This document shows, piece by piece, positions 15,707 to 23,569 of a DNA stretch of 32,616 bases. The stretch spans positions 1 through 32,616 of the forward strand of contig DASWJA010000100.1 of the NCBI GenBank assembly GCA_036397375.1, given 5' to 3'. This DNA comes from Candidatus Limnocylindria bacterium (GTDB taxonomy: Bacteria > Chloroflexota > Limnocylindria > QHBO01). How positions within the stretch are numbered: the first letter of the stretch is position 1; each line of letters begins with the position of its first letter. The notes beneath the pieces are model-generated. The model worked only from the letters and a program-made list of their open reading frames with translations, was not told the origin of the DNA and did no database searches. A program made the position numbers and the translations under genes.

Positions 15707-16540
15707 TCAGATCGTAATACGCGACTCCAAGGCGGCGTCGACCAGGACGCCCCACCTCGGCTCGTCGTGCGGCGGCTCCGGGTCCGCTGGCTCGGCGGCG
15801 CGGAGGAGGGCCAGGAACTCGCGGTTGCCCTGGCGGCCGGCCCGCGGCGATGCCACGAGGTTGTGGGCGGCCAAGCCCGCCCGACGGGCATCCGCAGCCA
15901 GCTGAATGAGGACCCGACGATGGACCGCCGGGTCGCGGACCACGCCACCCCGCGGCACGTCGGCGCGGCCGGCCTCGAACTGGGGCTTGACCAGGGCCAC
16001 CACCCGTCCTTGGGGCGCCAGCAGGCGGCGGACCGGGGCCAGCACCAGGCGAAGCGAGATGAACGACAGGTCGAGCGTCGCCAGGTCGACCGGGTCTGGC
16101 AGAGTCGTCACGGTCCGAAGATTCGTGCGATCCATGACCTCGACCCGCGGATCCTCGGCCAGTCGGGGAAGGAGCTGGCCATGCCCGACGTCCACCGCGT
16201 ACACCCGCCGCGCGCCGCGGGCCTGGAGGACATCGGTGAACCCGCCGGTCGATGCACCGGCATCGAGGCACACCAGCCCGGAGACGTCGATATCGAACGC
16301 GTCCAGCGCGGCCGCGAGCTTCTCGCCGCCCCGTGATGCCCAGGCCGGACCGGGATCCCGAACCAGGGTCAGTGATGGATCGAGGCGTTGTCCGGCGACC
16401 AGGCGACGGCCCTCGGCGCCCTGGACGCGAATCGCGCCGGCCAAGATGAGCGCCTGCGCTTCGGCTCGCGATCGGGCCAGCCCGCGATCCACGACCAGCT
16501 GGTCGGCGCGGATCCGCGCCCCCGGCCCGGGGCCGGGCAT
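15707..16540 (-). CDS. tlyA: TlyA-family rRNA 2'-O-methyltransferase (S4 domain plus FtsJ-like methyltransferase)
   Basis: 277 aa. RADQLVVDRGLARSRAEAQALI marks the S4 domain, and LDAGASTGGFTDVLQARGARRVYAVDVG is the SAM-binding motif. Confidence 0.9.
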   Translation of the reverse strand: MPGPGPGARIRADQLVVDRGLARSRAEAQALILAGAIRVQGAEGRRLVAGQRLDPSLTLVRDPGPAWASRGGEKLAAALDAFDIDVSGLVCLDAGASTGGFTDVLQARGARRVYAVDVGHGQLLPRLAEDPRVEVMDRTNLRTVTTLPDPVDLATLDLSFISLRLVLAPVRRLLAPQGRVVALVKPQFEAGRADVPRGGVVRDPAVHRRVLIQLAADARRAGLAAHNLVASPRAGRQGNREFLALLRAAEPADPEPPHDEPRWGVLVDAALESRITI

Positions 16541-16543
16541 CGG

Positions 16544-18520
16544 TCAGGCGGCAGTCGACGTCGGGGCGCGGCTCTCGTCGACCGCGACGTCGATCCCCAG
16601 CGCCTCGCGAATGCGGGCCACGATGCCGGGGACGTCGATGCGCTGCTGGCGACGCAGGTCGTCCACCGAGCCGTGGTCGACGAAGCCCTCACTGAGCGCG
16701 ATCTTCAGCACCGGCGCGCGCACTCCGGCCTGGTTGAGCACGTCGAGCACCCCGTCCCCGAATCCGCCCATCGCCGCGCTTTCCTCGGCGGTGACCACCA
16801 GGCGCTTTCCGGCCGCCAGGCGGGCCAGCAAACCGGCATCGATCGGCTTCGCCCAGCGCGCATTGACCACGGTCGAATCCAGGCCCGCGGCCCCCAGCTC
16901 GTCGGCCGCCAGGAGCAGCCGCTGGACGATGGGGCCGAAGCCGACCAGGAGCAGGTCGGCGCCGTCCCGCAGCACCTCGCCCTTCCCGATCTCGACCGCG
17001 CGTCCAACGCGATCCGGCAGGTCCTCCCCGGCGTCGCGCGGGTAGTGGAGGGTGATGGGCCCGTCATGGGCCAGGGCGGTCACGACCAGGTCGCGCAGCT
17101 CCTGCTCGTCGCCCGGCGAGCCGATGACCAGGTTCGGCAGGGCACGTTGAGCCGGCAGGGTGAACATTCCCTGGTGGCTCGTTCCATCCTCGCCGACCAG
17201 TCCCGCCCGATCGATGCCCAGCACCACCCGTGCGTTGTTCTGGCACACGTCGTGGACCAGCTGATCGAATGCCCGCTGGCTGAAGGTCGAGTAGATGGCG
17301 ACCACCGGGCGCATGCCCGCCAGCGCGAGCCCGGTGGCCATCGTCAGCGCGTGCTGCTCGGCGATCCCGACGTCGAAGAATCGGCTCGGAAACCGCTTCT
17401 GGAAGGCGGACAGGCCGGTCCCGGTGGGCATGCCGGCGGTGAGGGCGCAGATCCGCGGGTCGGACTCCGCCAGCCGGATCAGCTCTTCGGTGAACACGTG
17501 GGTGTACGACTTCGGGCGGTGGCGGGAGGCGCCCGGAGCCGGCAGCGGCTCCTCGGTGGGATCGATGAGGCCCAGGTCGATCGGCGGCAGGCTCGCCCCG
17601 TGGAAGGCCTGACTGTCCTGCTCGGCCGGCCCGTATCCACGTCCCTTGATGGTCTTGACGTGGATCAGGACCGGGCGGTCGATGTGGAACGCGGCCTCGA
17701 AGGCCTCCTCCATATCGGCCCGGTCATGGCCGTCGAGGACGCCGATGTAGGTGATCCCCATGTCCTCGAAGAACGACACCTTGGCCCACGACCGCTTGAA
17801 GCCCTCCTTGGCCCAGGCCAGGGCGTCGTACAGCGGACGCCCGATCAGGGGTATCCGGGGCAGGACGCGGGCGGTGAACGACTTCGTCTCCTGGTACGCC
17901 CGCGACAGGCGCAGCCTGTTGAGACGCGTCGAGAGCCCACCCACCGAGGGGCTGATGCTCATCTCGTTGTCATTGAGGACGATCAGCACCCGGCTGTGCG
18001 TGTGCCCCAGGTGGTTCAGGGCCTCCAGGGTCAGCCCGCTGGTGAGAGCCGCATCACCGACGCATACCGCGATCCGCTGCTCGCGCCCGAGGTCACCCGG
18101 CGGTCGCAGGTCGCGGGCCGCCGCCAGGCCGGCCGCGATGCTCACTCCGGTCCCGGCATGGCCGCCGTCGAACACGTCGTGGGGGCTCTCGGAACGCCGC
18201 GGAAAGCCACCGATGCCGCCGACCTGGCGCAGGGTGTCGAAGCTCGACGTGCGGCCGGTGAGGAGCTTGTGGGCGTAGGCCTGGTGCCCTGTGTCCCACA
18301 CGATGCGGTCGCGCGGCGAGTCCATGACCCGGTGCAGGGCGATGGCGATCTCCACCGCTCCCAGCGAGGAGGCCAGGTGCCCACCCGTACGCTGAACGGT
18401 GCGAATCATCTTCGCGCGCAGCTCGGCCGCCAGGGTCTCGAGCTCGGCATCGGTCAGCGACCGAAGCTGGGCGGGCTCGGAGATGCGCTCCAGGACGATC
18501 GTTGACGGCGTCGCGGTCAA
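16544..18520 (-). CDS. dxs: 1-deoxy-D-xylulose-5-phosphate synthase
   Basis: Full-length Dxs pattern is present (GGHLASSLGAVE, VGDAALTSG, transketolase-like middle and C-terminal domains). The track start at 18625 would overlap xseB by 47 nt. TTG 18520 places GHLASSLG about 46 residues from the N-terminus, as in E. coli Dxs as I recall it. The start remains uncertain. Confidence 0.9.
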   Translation of the reverse strand: MTATPSTIVLERISEPAQLRSLTDAELETLAAELRAKMIRTVQRTGGHLASSLGAVEIAIALHRVMDSPRDRIVWDTGHQAYAHKLLTGRTSSFDTLRQVGGIGGFPRRSESPHDVFDGGHAGTGVSIAAGLAAARDLRPPGDLGREQRIAVCVGDAALTSGLTLEALNHLGHTHSRVLIVLNDNEMSISPSVGGLSTRLNRLRLSRAYQETKSFTARVLPRIPLIGRPLYDALAWAKEGFKRSWAKVSFFEDMGITYIGVLDGHDRADMEEAFEAAFHIDRPVLIHVKTIKGRGYGPAEQDSQAFHGASLPPIDLGLIDPTEEPLPAPGASRHRPKSYTHVFTEELIRLAESDPRICALTAGMPTGTGLSAFQKRFPSRFFDVGIAEQHALTMATGLALAGMRPVVAIYSTFSQRAFDQLVHDVCQNNARVVLGIDRAGLVGEDGTSHQGMFTLPAQRALPNLVIGSPGDEQELRDLVVTALAHDGPITLHYPRDAGEDLPDRVGRAVEIGKGEVLRDGADLLLVGFGPIVQRLLLAADELGAAGLDSTVVNARWAKPIDAGLLARLAAGKRLVVTAEESAAMGGFGDGVLDVLNQAGVRAPVLKIALSEGFVDHGSVDDLRRQQRIDVPGIVARIREALGIDVAVDESRAPTSTAA

Positions 18521-18578
18521 AACGGAGGCGAGTATAGACCGATGCCCGACGGGCTCCGCCGCCGGCGCCTGGGGCAGA

Positions 18579-18842
18579 TCAGGGGTCAGGCGACGCCTCC
18601 GGCACCTCGGCGCCGGCCAGGCCACGCCGTCCGAGCTCGGTGATGGCCAGCTCGGCAGCCCGCAGCCGCCCCTCGCAGGCGGCGTGGAGGCGAAGCCCCT
18701 CGCGGTACAGGGTGATGCTCTCTTCGAGCCCGACCTGGCCGGCCTCGAGGGTCTGCACGATGCGCTGGAGCTCGGCCACCAGCTCGTCGAACGGCCGCCC
18801 GGCGAAGTCGTCGCCGGTAACGCTGGGGTCCGGTTCGCTCAT
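18579..18842 (-). CDS. xseB: exodeoxyribonuclease VII small subunit
   Basis: 87 aa from ATG 18842 (MSEPDPS...FDELVAELQRIVQTLEAGQVGLEESITLYREGLRL). An ATGA overlap joins it to the xseA stop. The upstream 256 codons of the track ORF overlap xseA out of frame. Confidence 0.88.
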   Translation of the reverse strand: MSEPDPSVTGDDFAGRPFDELVAELQRIVQTLEAGQVGLEESITLYREGLRLHAACEGRLRAAELAITELGRRGLAGAEVPEASPDP

Positions 18843-20083
18843 CCCAGGAGCTCCTCCATGTCGCCCGGCCGCACGCCGGTGACCCGGGCATCCACGGCGC
18901 CGCGGGCCACGATGACCTCGAGGCCGTCCCCCGCCTCCACGTCGGTCGGGTCGCGGAGGATCATGCCATCCGGACGGCGCGCGACGGCGTAGCCGCGGTC
19001 GAGTGTGGCCGCCGGGCCGAGCGCCCGTAACGCGGCCCGCAGGCCGGCCGCCGCCAGCCGCCGCCGCTCGAGGTCCGTCCCCAGGGCGCGGTGGCCTCGA
19101 TCGAGCAGATCGGCGGCGCGCTGGCGAGCGGCTCCAAGGTCGGGTCGCAGCCCGGTCAGGGCTCGACCCTCGCCCCGTACCGCTCGCCGGGCGGCTTCCA
19201 GCCGAGCCGCGGTGGCGGTCGCCGACCGCTCGCTGAGCCGGGCCAGGATGGTGGGCAGCTGGGTCCCGTCGGGGACCGCAATCTCGGCCGCGGCCGAGGG
19301 CGTGGGTGCGCGCCGGTCGGCGGCGAAGTCGGCCAGGGTGATGTCGCTCTCGTGGCCGACGCCGACCACGACCGGGATCGGCGAAGCGGCCACGGTCCGC
19401 ACCACCTCCTCGGCGTTGAAGCCCCACAGGTCCTCGATCGACCCGCCACCGCGGGCCAGGATGACCAGGTCCAGTCCGTCCACGGCGTACAGGCGCCGCA
19501 GGGCGCGCACGATGGCCGGTGCGGAGACGGCGCCCTGCACGGCCGAAGGCGAGAGGACCACCTCCACCAGCGGGTACCGGCGCCGAAGAACGGTGCAGAT
19601 GTCGTCCCACACCGCCCCCACCGGGGATGTGACGACCCCGATCCGGCGCGGCCAGCGCGGGAGGGGCCGCTTGCGCGACTCCTCGAACAGGCCCTCGGCC
19701 GCCAGCTTGGCACGGAGCGCCTCGTACTGGGCGTGCAGGTCACCCGCCCCAACGGGGGTGACCGACTCCACGTACAGCTGGTACACGCCCTGCGGCTCGT
19801 AGGCACGGACGCGGCCGTGACACACCAGCTGGGCGCCATGCTGGGGCCGGACGGTGGCACGCTCGAGCTCCTCGCGGAACAGGACCGCCCGGATCTGGCT
19901 GTGCGCGTCCTTGAGGGTGAAGAAGCAGTGACCCGACGGCGGGAAGCTCGGCCCACTGACCTCGCCTTCGACCCAGACGTCGGCCAGCGTGGCATCGGCG
20001 TCGAGCAACCCGCGGACGCGCCGGTTCAGATCGGACACCCGCCACACGCGGGGGCCAGCGCTGGCTTCGGGGGCGGTCGTCAT
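18839..20083 (-). CDS. xseA: exodeoxyribonuclease VII large subunit
   Basis: 414 aa. The OB-fold N-terminus reads VSDLNRRVRGLLDADATLADVWVEGEVS, followed by the conserved catalytic core (RGGGSIEDLWGFN). Confidence 0.92.
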   Translation of the reverse strand: MTTAPEASAGPRVWRVSDLNRRVRGLLDADATLADVWVEGEVSGPSFPPSGHCFFTLKDAHSQIRAVLFREELERATVRPQHGAQLVCHGRVRAYEPQGVYQLYVESVTPVGAGDLHAQYEALRAKLAAEGLFEESRKRPLPRWPRRIGVVTSPVGAVWDDICTVLRRRYPLVEVVLSPSAVQGAVSAPAIVRALRRLYAVDGLDLVILARGGGSIEDLWGFNAEEVVRTVAASPIPVVVGVGHESDITLADFAADRRAPTPSAAAEIAVPDGTQLPTILARLSERSATATAARLEAARRAVRGEGRALTGLRPDLGAARQRAADLLDRGHRALGTDLERRRLAAAGLRAALRALGPAATLDRGYAVARRPDGMILRDPTDVEAGDGLEVIVARGAVDARVTGVRPGDMEELLG

Positions 20084-20108
20084 CGGTCTGGCCTGGCCTG
20101 GCCGAGCC

Positions 20109-20669
20109 CTACTGGACCCGGGTCTGGTATTCGCCGGTCCGGGTGTCGACGCGGAGCAGGTCGCCCTCGTTCACGAACAGCGGGACCTGGACCACGAGCC
20201 CTGTCTCGAGGGTGGCCGGCTTGCGGGCGCCGGTGGCGGTGTCGCCGGCGAAACCGCGCTCGGTGCTGACCACCCTGAGGTCGACGCTGACCGGCAGCTC
20301 GACGCCCAGGACCTCGCCCTCGTACTTGGACACGGAGACCTCGGTGCTCTCCTTCAGAAACCGGGCGTCCTCACCCAGCTGTGCGACGCTGATCGCGAAT
20401 TGGTCGTAGGTCTCGGTGTCCATGAAGTGATAGGCGTCGCCGTCGGCGTACAGGTATTGCACCTTGCGCTGCTCGACCCGGCCCCGCGGCCAGCGGGTGC
20501 CGGCCTGAAAGGTCCGCTCGGTGATGGCGCCCGTTCGCACGTTCTGTATCTTGAGCCGGACCTGGGCCGAGCCGCGGGCCATCTTGATGTGCGTCCAGTC
20601 GAGGACCTTCACCGGATGGCCGTCGAGCTCGAAGACGACCCCCTTGCGGATCTCCCCGGTGCTGATCAT
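20109..20669 (-). CDS. efp: translation elongation factor P
   Basis: 186 aa. It aligns without gaps over the N-terminal domain to B. subtilis EF-P as I recall it. The C-terminal GDTATGARKPATLETGLVVQVPLFVNEGD is conserved. Confidence 0.95.
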   Translation of the reverse strand: MISTGEIRKGVVFELDGHPVKVLDWTHIKMARGSAQVRLKIQNVRTGAITERTFQAGTRWPRGRVEQRKVQYLYADGDAYHFMDTETYDQFAISVAQLGEDARFLKESTEVSVSKYEGEVLGVELPVSVDLRVVSTERGFAGDTATGARKPATLETGLVVQVPLFVNEGDLLRVDTRTGEYQTRVQ

Positions 20670-21805
20670 GCCGCTTGCCGTTCGCCGATCACGAACGCGT
20701 CGCGCGGCGACGTGGTCAGCAGCCGCGGACCGCTTTCTTCGAGGACCACGATGTCCTCGATCCGGATCCCGATCTCGCCGGGCAGATAGAGCCCCGGCTC
20801 CACGCTGAACACCATCCCGGCTCGCAGCGGGGCATCGGAGGTCTTCAGGCTGGGCGGCTCATGGGTCTCGAGACCGACCCCGTGACCGACCCCGTGGCTG
20901 AAGGCGCCCGGATACCCGGCATCGGCGAGATACGCCTGGGCGGCCTGATGCGGCGCCGAGGCCGGCGCGCCAACCCGGATCGCCGCCAACGCGGCCTGCT
21001 GCGCCCCGGCCACCAGGTCGTGGCGGCGCCGTGCCTGCGGATCGGGCTGGCCCACGAACACCGTCCGGGTCATGTCGGAGCGGTATCCGTCAACCTGGCA
21101 GCCGAAGTCCATCAACAGTGGCTGGCCCAGCCGCACGGCGGTGTCGTTCGGGGTGCCATGTGGCATCGATGCCCGCGCCCCGACGAGCACGATGCTGTCG
21201 AAGGCCAGATCCTCGGCGCCCTGGTCCTCGAAGAACTGCGTGATGAGCCGCGCCACCTCACGCTCGGTCATGCCAGGCTGGACGGCCGCCACGACGAAGT
21301 CGAAGGCGCGGTCACCGAGCGCGCAGGCGCGGCCGATGGCGTCGACCTCGGCCGCGCTCTTCACGATCCTCAGCTCGGCAAGGTCGGATTCCACGGGCAC
21401 CAGCTCGACCGCGGCCGCCGCGGCCGATAGGGATTGCCACACGGCGTGCGAGATGCGGTCAGCCCCCAGGCCAAGTCGACGAATGCCCGCCTCGGCGAGC
21501 AGAGGTGGCAGGGCGACGGGGAGGGGGTCAGCGGTCAGGACCAGCTCCCATCCCGGCGCCTCGACCGCCGCCTGTTCCAGGTAGCGGTTGTCAGCCAGGA
21601 TCCAGCCCCGGTCGGCGCTGATGAGCAGTGTGCCGGAGTAGCCGGATGTGGACTCATCGCCACGCCGCAGGGAGAACCCGGAGAGGTAGCGGCTGGTGGC
21701 TCGGGACTGGACCAGGATGCCGTCCAACGCACGCTCGCCGCGGAGCTTCCGCAGGGCCGCCACGCGAGCCGATCGCTCGCCGGCGAACGGATCGGGGCCG
21801 GCCAT
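20666..21805 (-). CDS. Xaa-Pro peptidase, M24B family
   Basis: 379 aa from ATG 21805 (MAGPDPFAGERSARV...). Metal-ligand context is seen in DFGCQVDGYRSDMTRT, HGVGHGVGLETHE and SVEPGLY...IRIED. An ATGA overlap joins it to the efp start. The track extension to 22174 overlaps mltG out of frame. Confidence 0.9.
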   Translation of the reverse strand: MAGPDPFAGERSARVAALRKLRGERALDGILVQSRATSRYLSGFSLRRGDESTSGYSGTLLISADRGWILADNRYLEQAAVEAPGWELVLTADPLPVALPPLLAEAGIRRLGLGADRISHAVWQSLSAAAAAVELVPVESDLAELRIVKSAAEVDAIGRACALGDRAFDFVVAAVQPGMTEREVARLITQFFEDQGAEDLAFDSIVLVGARASMPHGTPNDTAVRLGQPLLMDFGCQVDGYRSDMTRTVFVGQPDPQARRRHDLVAGAQQAALAAIRVGAPASAPHQAAQAYLADAGYPGAFSHGVGHGVGLETHEPPSLKTSDAPLRAGMVFSVEPGLYLPGEIGIRIEDIVVLEESGPRLLTTSPRDAFVIGERQAA

Positions 21806-21807
21806 GG

Positions 21808-23124
21808 TCAGGGGCACTCCGCGTTCATCTGGGAGATGTTCGCGTCGTGCTCGGCGAGCGTCACCGCGAAGCGATGCGACCCGTCCCGCACGCCGTTGGG
21901 GCAGGCGGCCACGAAGAAGAAATAGCCGTTGGTCAAGTCGGGGAAGACGGCCGCCTGCAGCGAGGCGATGCGCGGGGAGGCGATGGGCGTGGGCGGCAAT
22001 CCGCCGACCTGGTAGGTCTGGAACGGAAGCAATGTCTCGGGGAGGATGATCTCCGCCCCGCCGGCCGGCAAGGGCTGCCACCAGCGGACGGTTCCCCACT
22101 CGGACATCGGCAAGGCGCCAAATTCCGCAGTGGCGAGCCCGTACTGGAGGGTCGGATCGGCGTCCAGGTTCCACCCCGCGGTCTGCAGGCGTTGGCTGTA
22201 GACGCCCGCGATCAGGGCACGCTCTTCGTCGAGCACGGCCTCGCGTTCGACGATGGACGCCAGCCGAACGGCGAAGTCGATCGTCAGCCCACGTACGGCG
22301 AGCTGGTCACGCATCTCCTGGCTCAGCCGCTGGTCGAACGTCGTCAGGAGGCGTTCCACCACGGCACGGGCGGTGGCGTTGGCGAAGACGCGGTAGGTGT
22401 CCGGGTACAGGTAGCCCTCCAGGGTCCGCCCGGCGGGCAGCTCGGCCAAAAAGGGATATGCGGCCAGGAGGTCAGGCGGTGGAGTCGTGACCAGCCCGCG
22501 AAACGCGTCCAGGTCCATGGTCAGGTCGGTGGAGCCCAGGTAGGCGACGACTTCCTCCAGGCGCAACCCCTCCAGGATGGTGATCGTGACCTCGGGCCCC
22601 GCCTCCTGGCGCAGGGCGGCGATGATGAACGACGGACGCATCGTGGGCGACAGGTCGTACTGGCCGGCCTGCAGGTTGCCCTCCCGGTCGGCCAGGTACA
22701 CCTGGTGGTGGAAGGCGAGCTCGCTGTGCATCAGGCCCCGGGTTACGAGCAACTGGCCGATGAAAGCATCGGTCGCGCCGGGCGGGATCTCGATCGACAC
22801 GCGCCGATAGGTGTCGCTGGCCGCCTCGTCGGCGATGGCTTCGGGGCGGTACCAGTTGACGAAGTCGACGAGCAGCTCGTTCTGGATCAAGGTGGGCCGC
22901 TGTTCGACCCAGGCCATGATGGCCGGCGAGAGGGCCAGCACCGCGAGGTACAGGACGATCGCCGTGAGCGCAATGACGCCACCGATCCACCCCAGCAGCA
23001 CGAAGGGCTGCAGCGGCCTGCCACGCAGACGCCGCCCCGCGCCCTCGCGCTCGGCGCGGAGACGGCGAATGCGCGCATTGCGAACCTGCTCCTGCTCAGC
23101 AGGCGTCATGGACGGGTCGTACAT
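21808..23124 (-). CDS. mltG: endolytic murein transglycosylase MltG (YceG-like)
   Basis: Single N-terminal TM helix and a YceG signature LEGYLYPDTYRV. ATG 23124 overlaps the ruvX TGA by 1 nt (TGATG). The track start TTG 23127 is the alternative. Confidence 0.9.
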   Translation of the reverse strand: MYDPSMTPAEQEQVRNARIRRLRAEREGAGRRLRGRPLQPFVLLGWIGGVIALTAIVLYLAVLALSPAIMAWVEQRPTLIQNELLVDFVNWYRPEAIADEAASDTYRRVSIEIPPGATDAFIGQLLVTRGLMHSELAFHHQVYLADREGNLQAGQYDLSPTMRPSFIIAALRQEAGPEVTITILEGLRLEEVVAYLGSTDLTMDLDAFRGLVTTPPPDLLAAYPFLAELPAGRTLEGYLYPDTYRVFANATARAVVERLLTTFDQRLSQEMRDQLAVRGLTIDFAVRLASIVEREAVLDEERALIAGVYSQRLQTAGWNLDADPTLQYGLATAEFGALPMSEWGTVRWWQPLPAGGAEIILPETLLPFQTYQVGGLPPTPIASPRIASLQAAVFPDLTNGYFFFVAACPNGVRDGSHRFAVTLAEHDANISQMNAECP

Positions 23125-23543
23125 CAAGCTCCCTCAGGCCGCCGGCGGCGATCGACGAGGTACTGCTCCAGGATGAGGGCGGCGGCGGCAGAGTCTATCG
23201 CGTCTGGGGCCGATGGGCGTGAGCCGGACCGAGCCATTCGCTCCGCCGCATCCCAGGTGGTGAGACGCTCGTCGCTGAAGCTCACGTCCAGCCCCAGCGC
23301 ACCCAACCGCGCACCAAACGCGCGCGCCGCGGCGGCTTGCGACCCTTCACTGCCATCCATGTTGAGAGGAAGACCCACGATCACCCGCTTCGTGCCTTCC
23401 GCGTCGGCGAGCGCGCGGATGCCAGCCGGGGCCCGCGCGCTGGCCTTCAGCGCCGGGCGGGGAAATGCCATGCCGGTCTCGTCGTCGCCTACCGCCACGC
23501 CAATCCGTCGTTCCCCGGGGTCGATGCCGATCAATCGGCCCAC
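23124..23543 (-). CDS. ruvX: YqgF/RuvX putative pre-16S rRNA nuclease / Holliday junction resolvase-like protein
   Basis: 139 aa with N-terminus LIGIDPGERRIGVAVGD and typical length. Confidence 0.92.
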   Translation of the reverse strand: MGRLIGIDPGERRIGVAVGDDETGMAFPRPALKASARAPAGIRALADAEGTKRVIVGLPLNMDGSEGSQAAAARAFGARLGALGLDVSFSDERLTTWDAAERMARSGSRPSAPDAIDSAAAALILEQYLVDRRRRPEGA

Positions 23544-23569
23544 GCGGCAGGCCCCACCCGGCGCACGGC

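Noticed and set aside
16388-18505. 705-aa plus-strand ORF
   Set aside because: It is antisense to dxs over its whole length, with the same Arg/Gly/Pro/Asp-rich shadow composition and no motifs.
20088-20102. Three tandem CTGGC pentamers in the efp-xseA spacer
   Set aside because: The repeat is only 15 nt, a simple GC-rich microrepeat with no second copy seen elsewhere. It is most likely chance or slippage, with no evident function.
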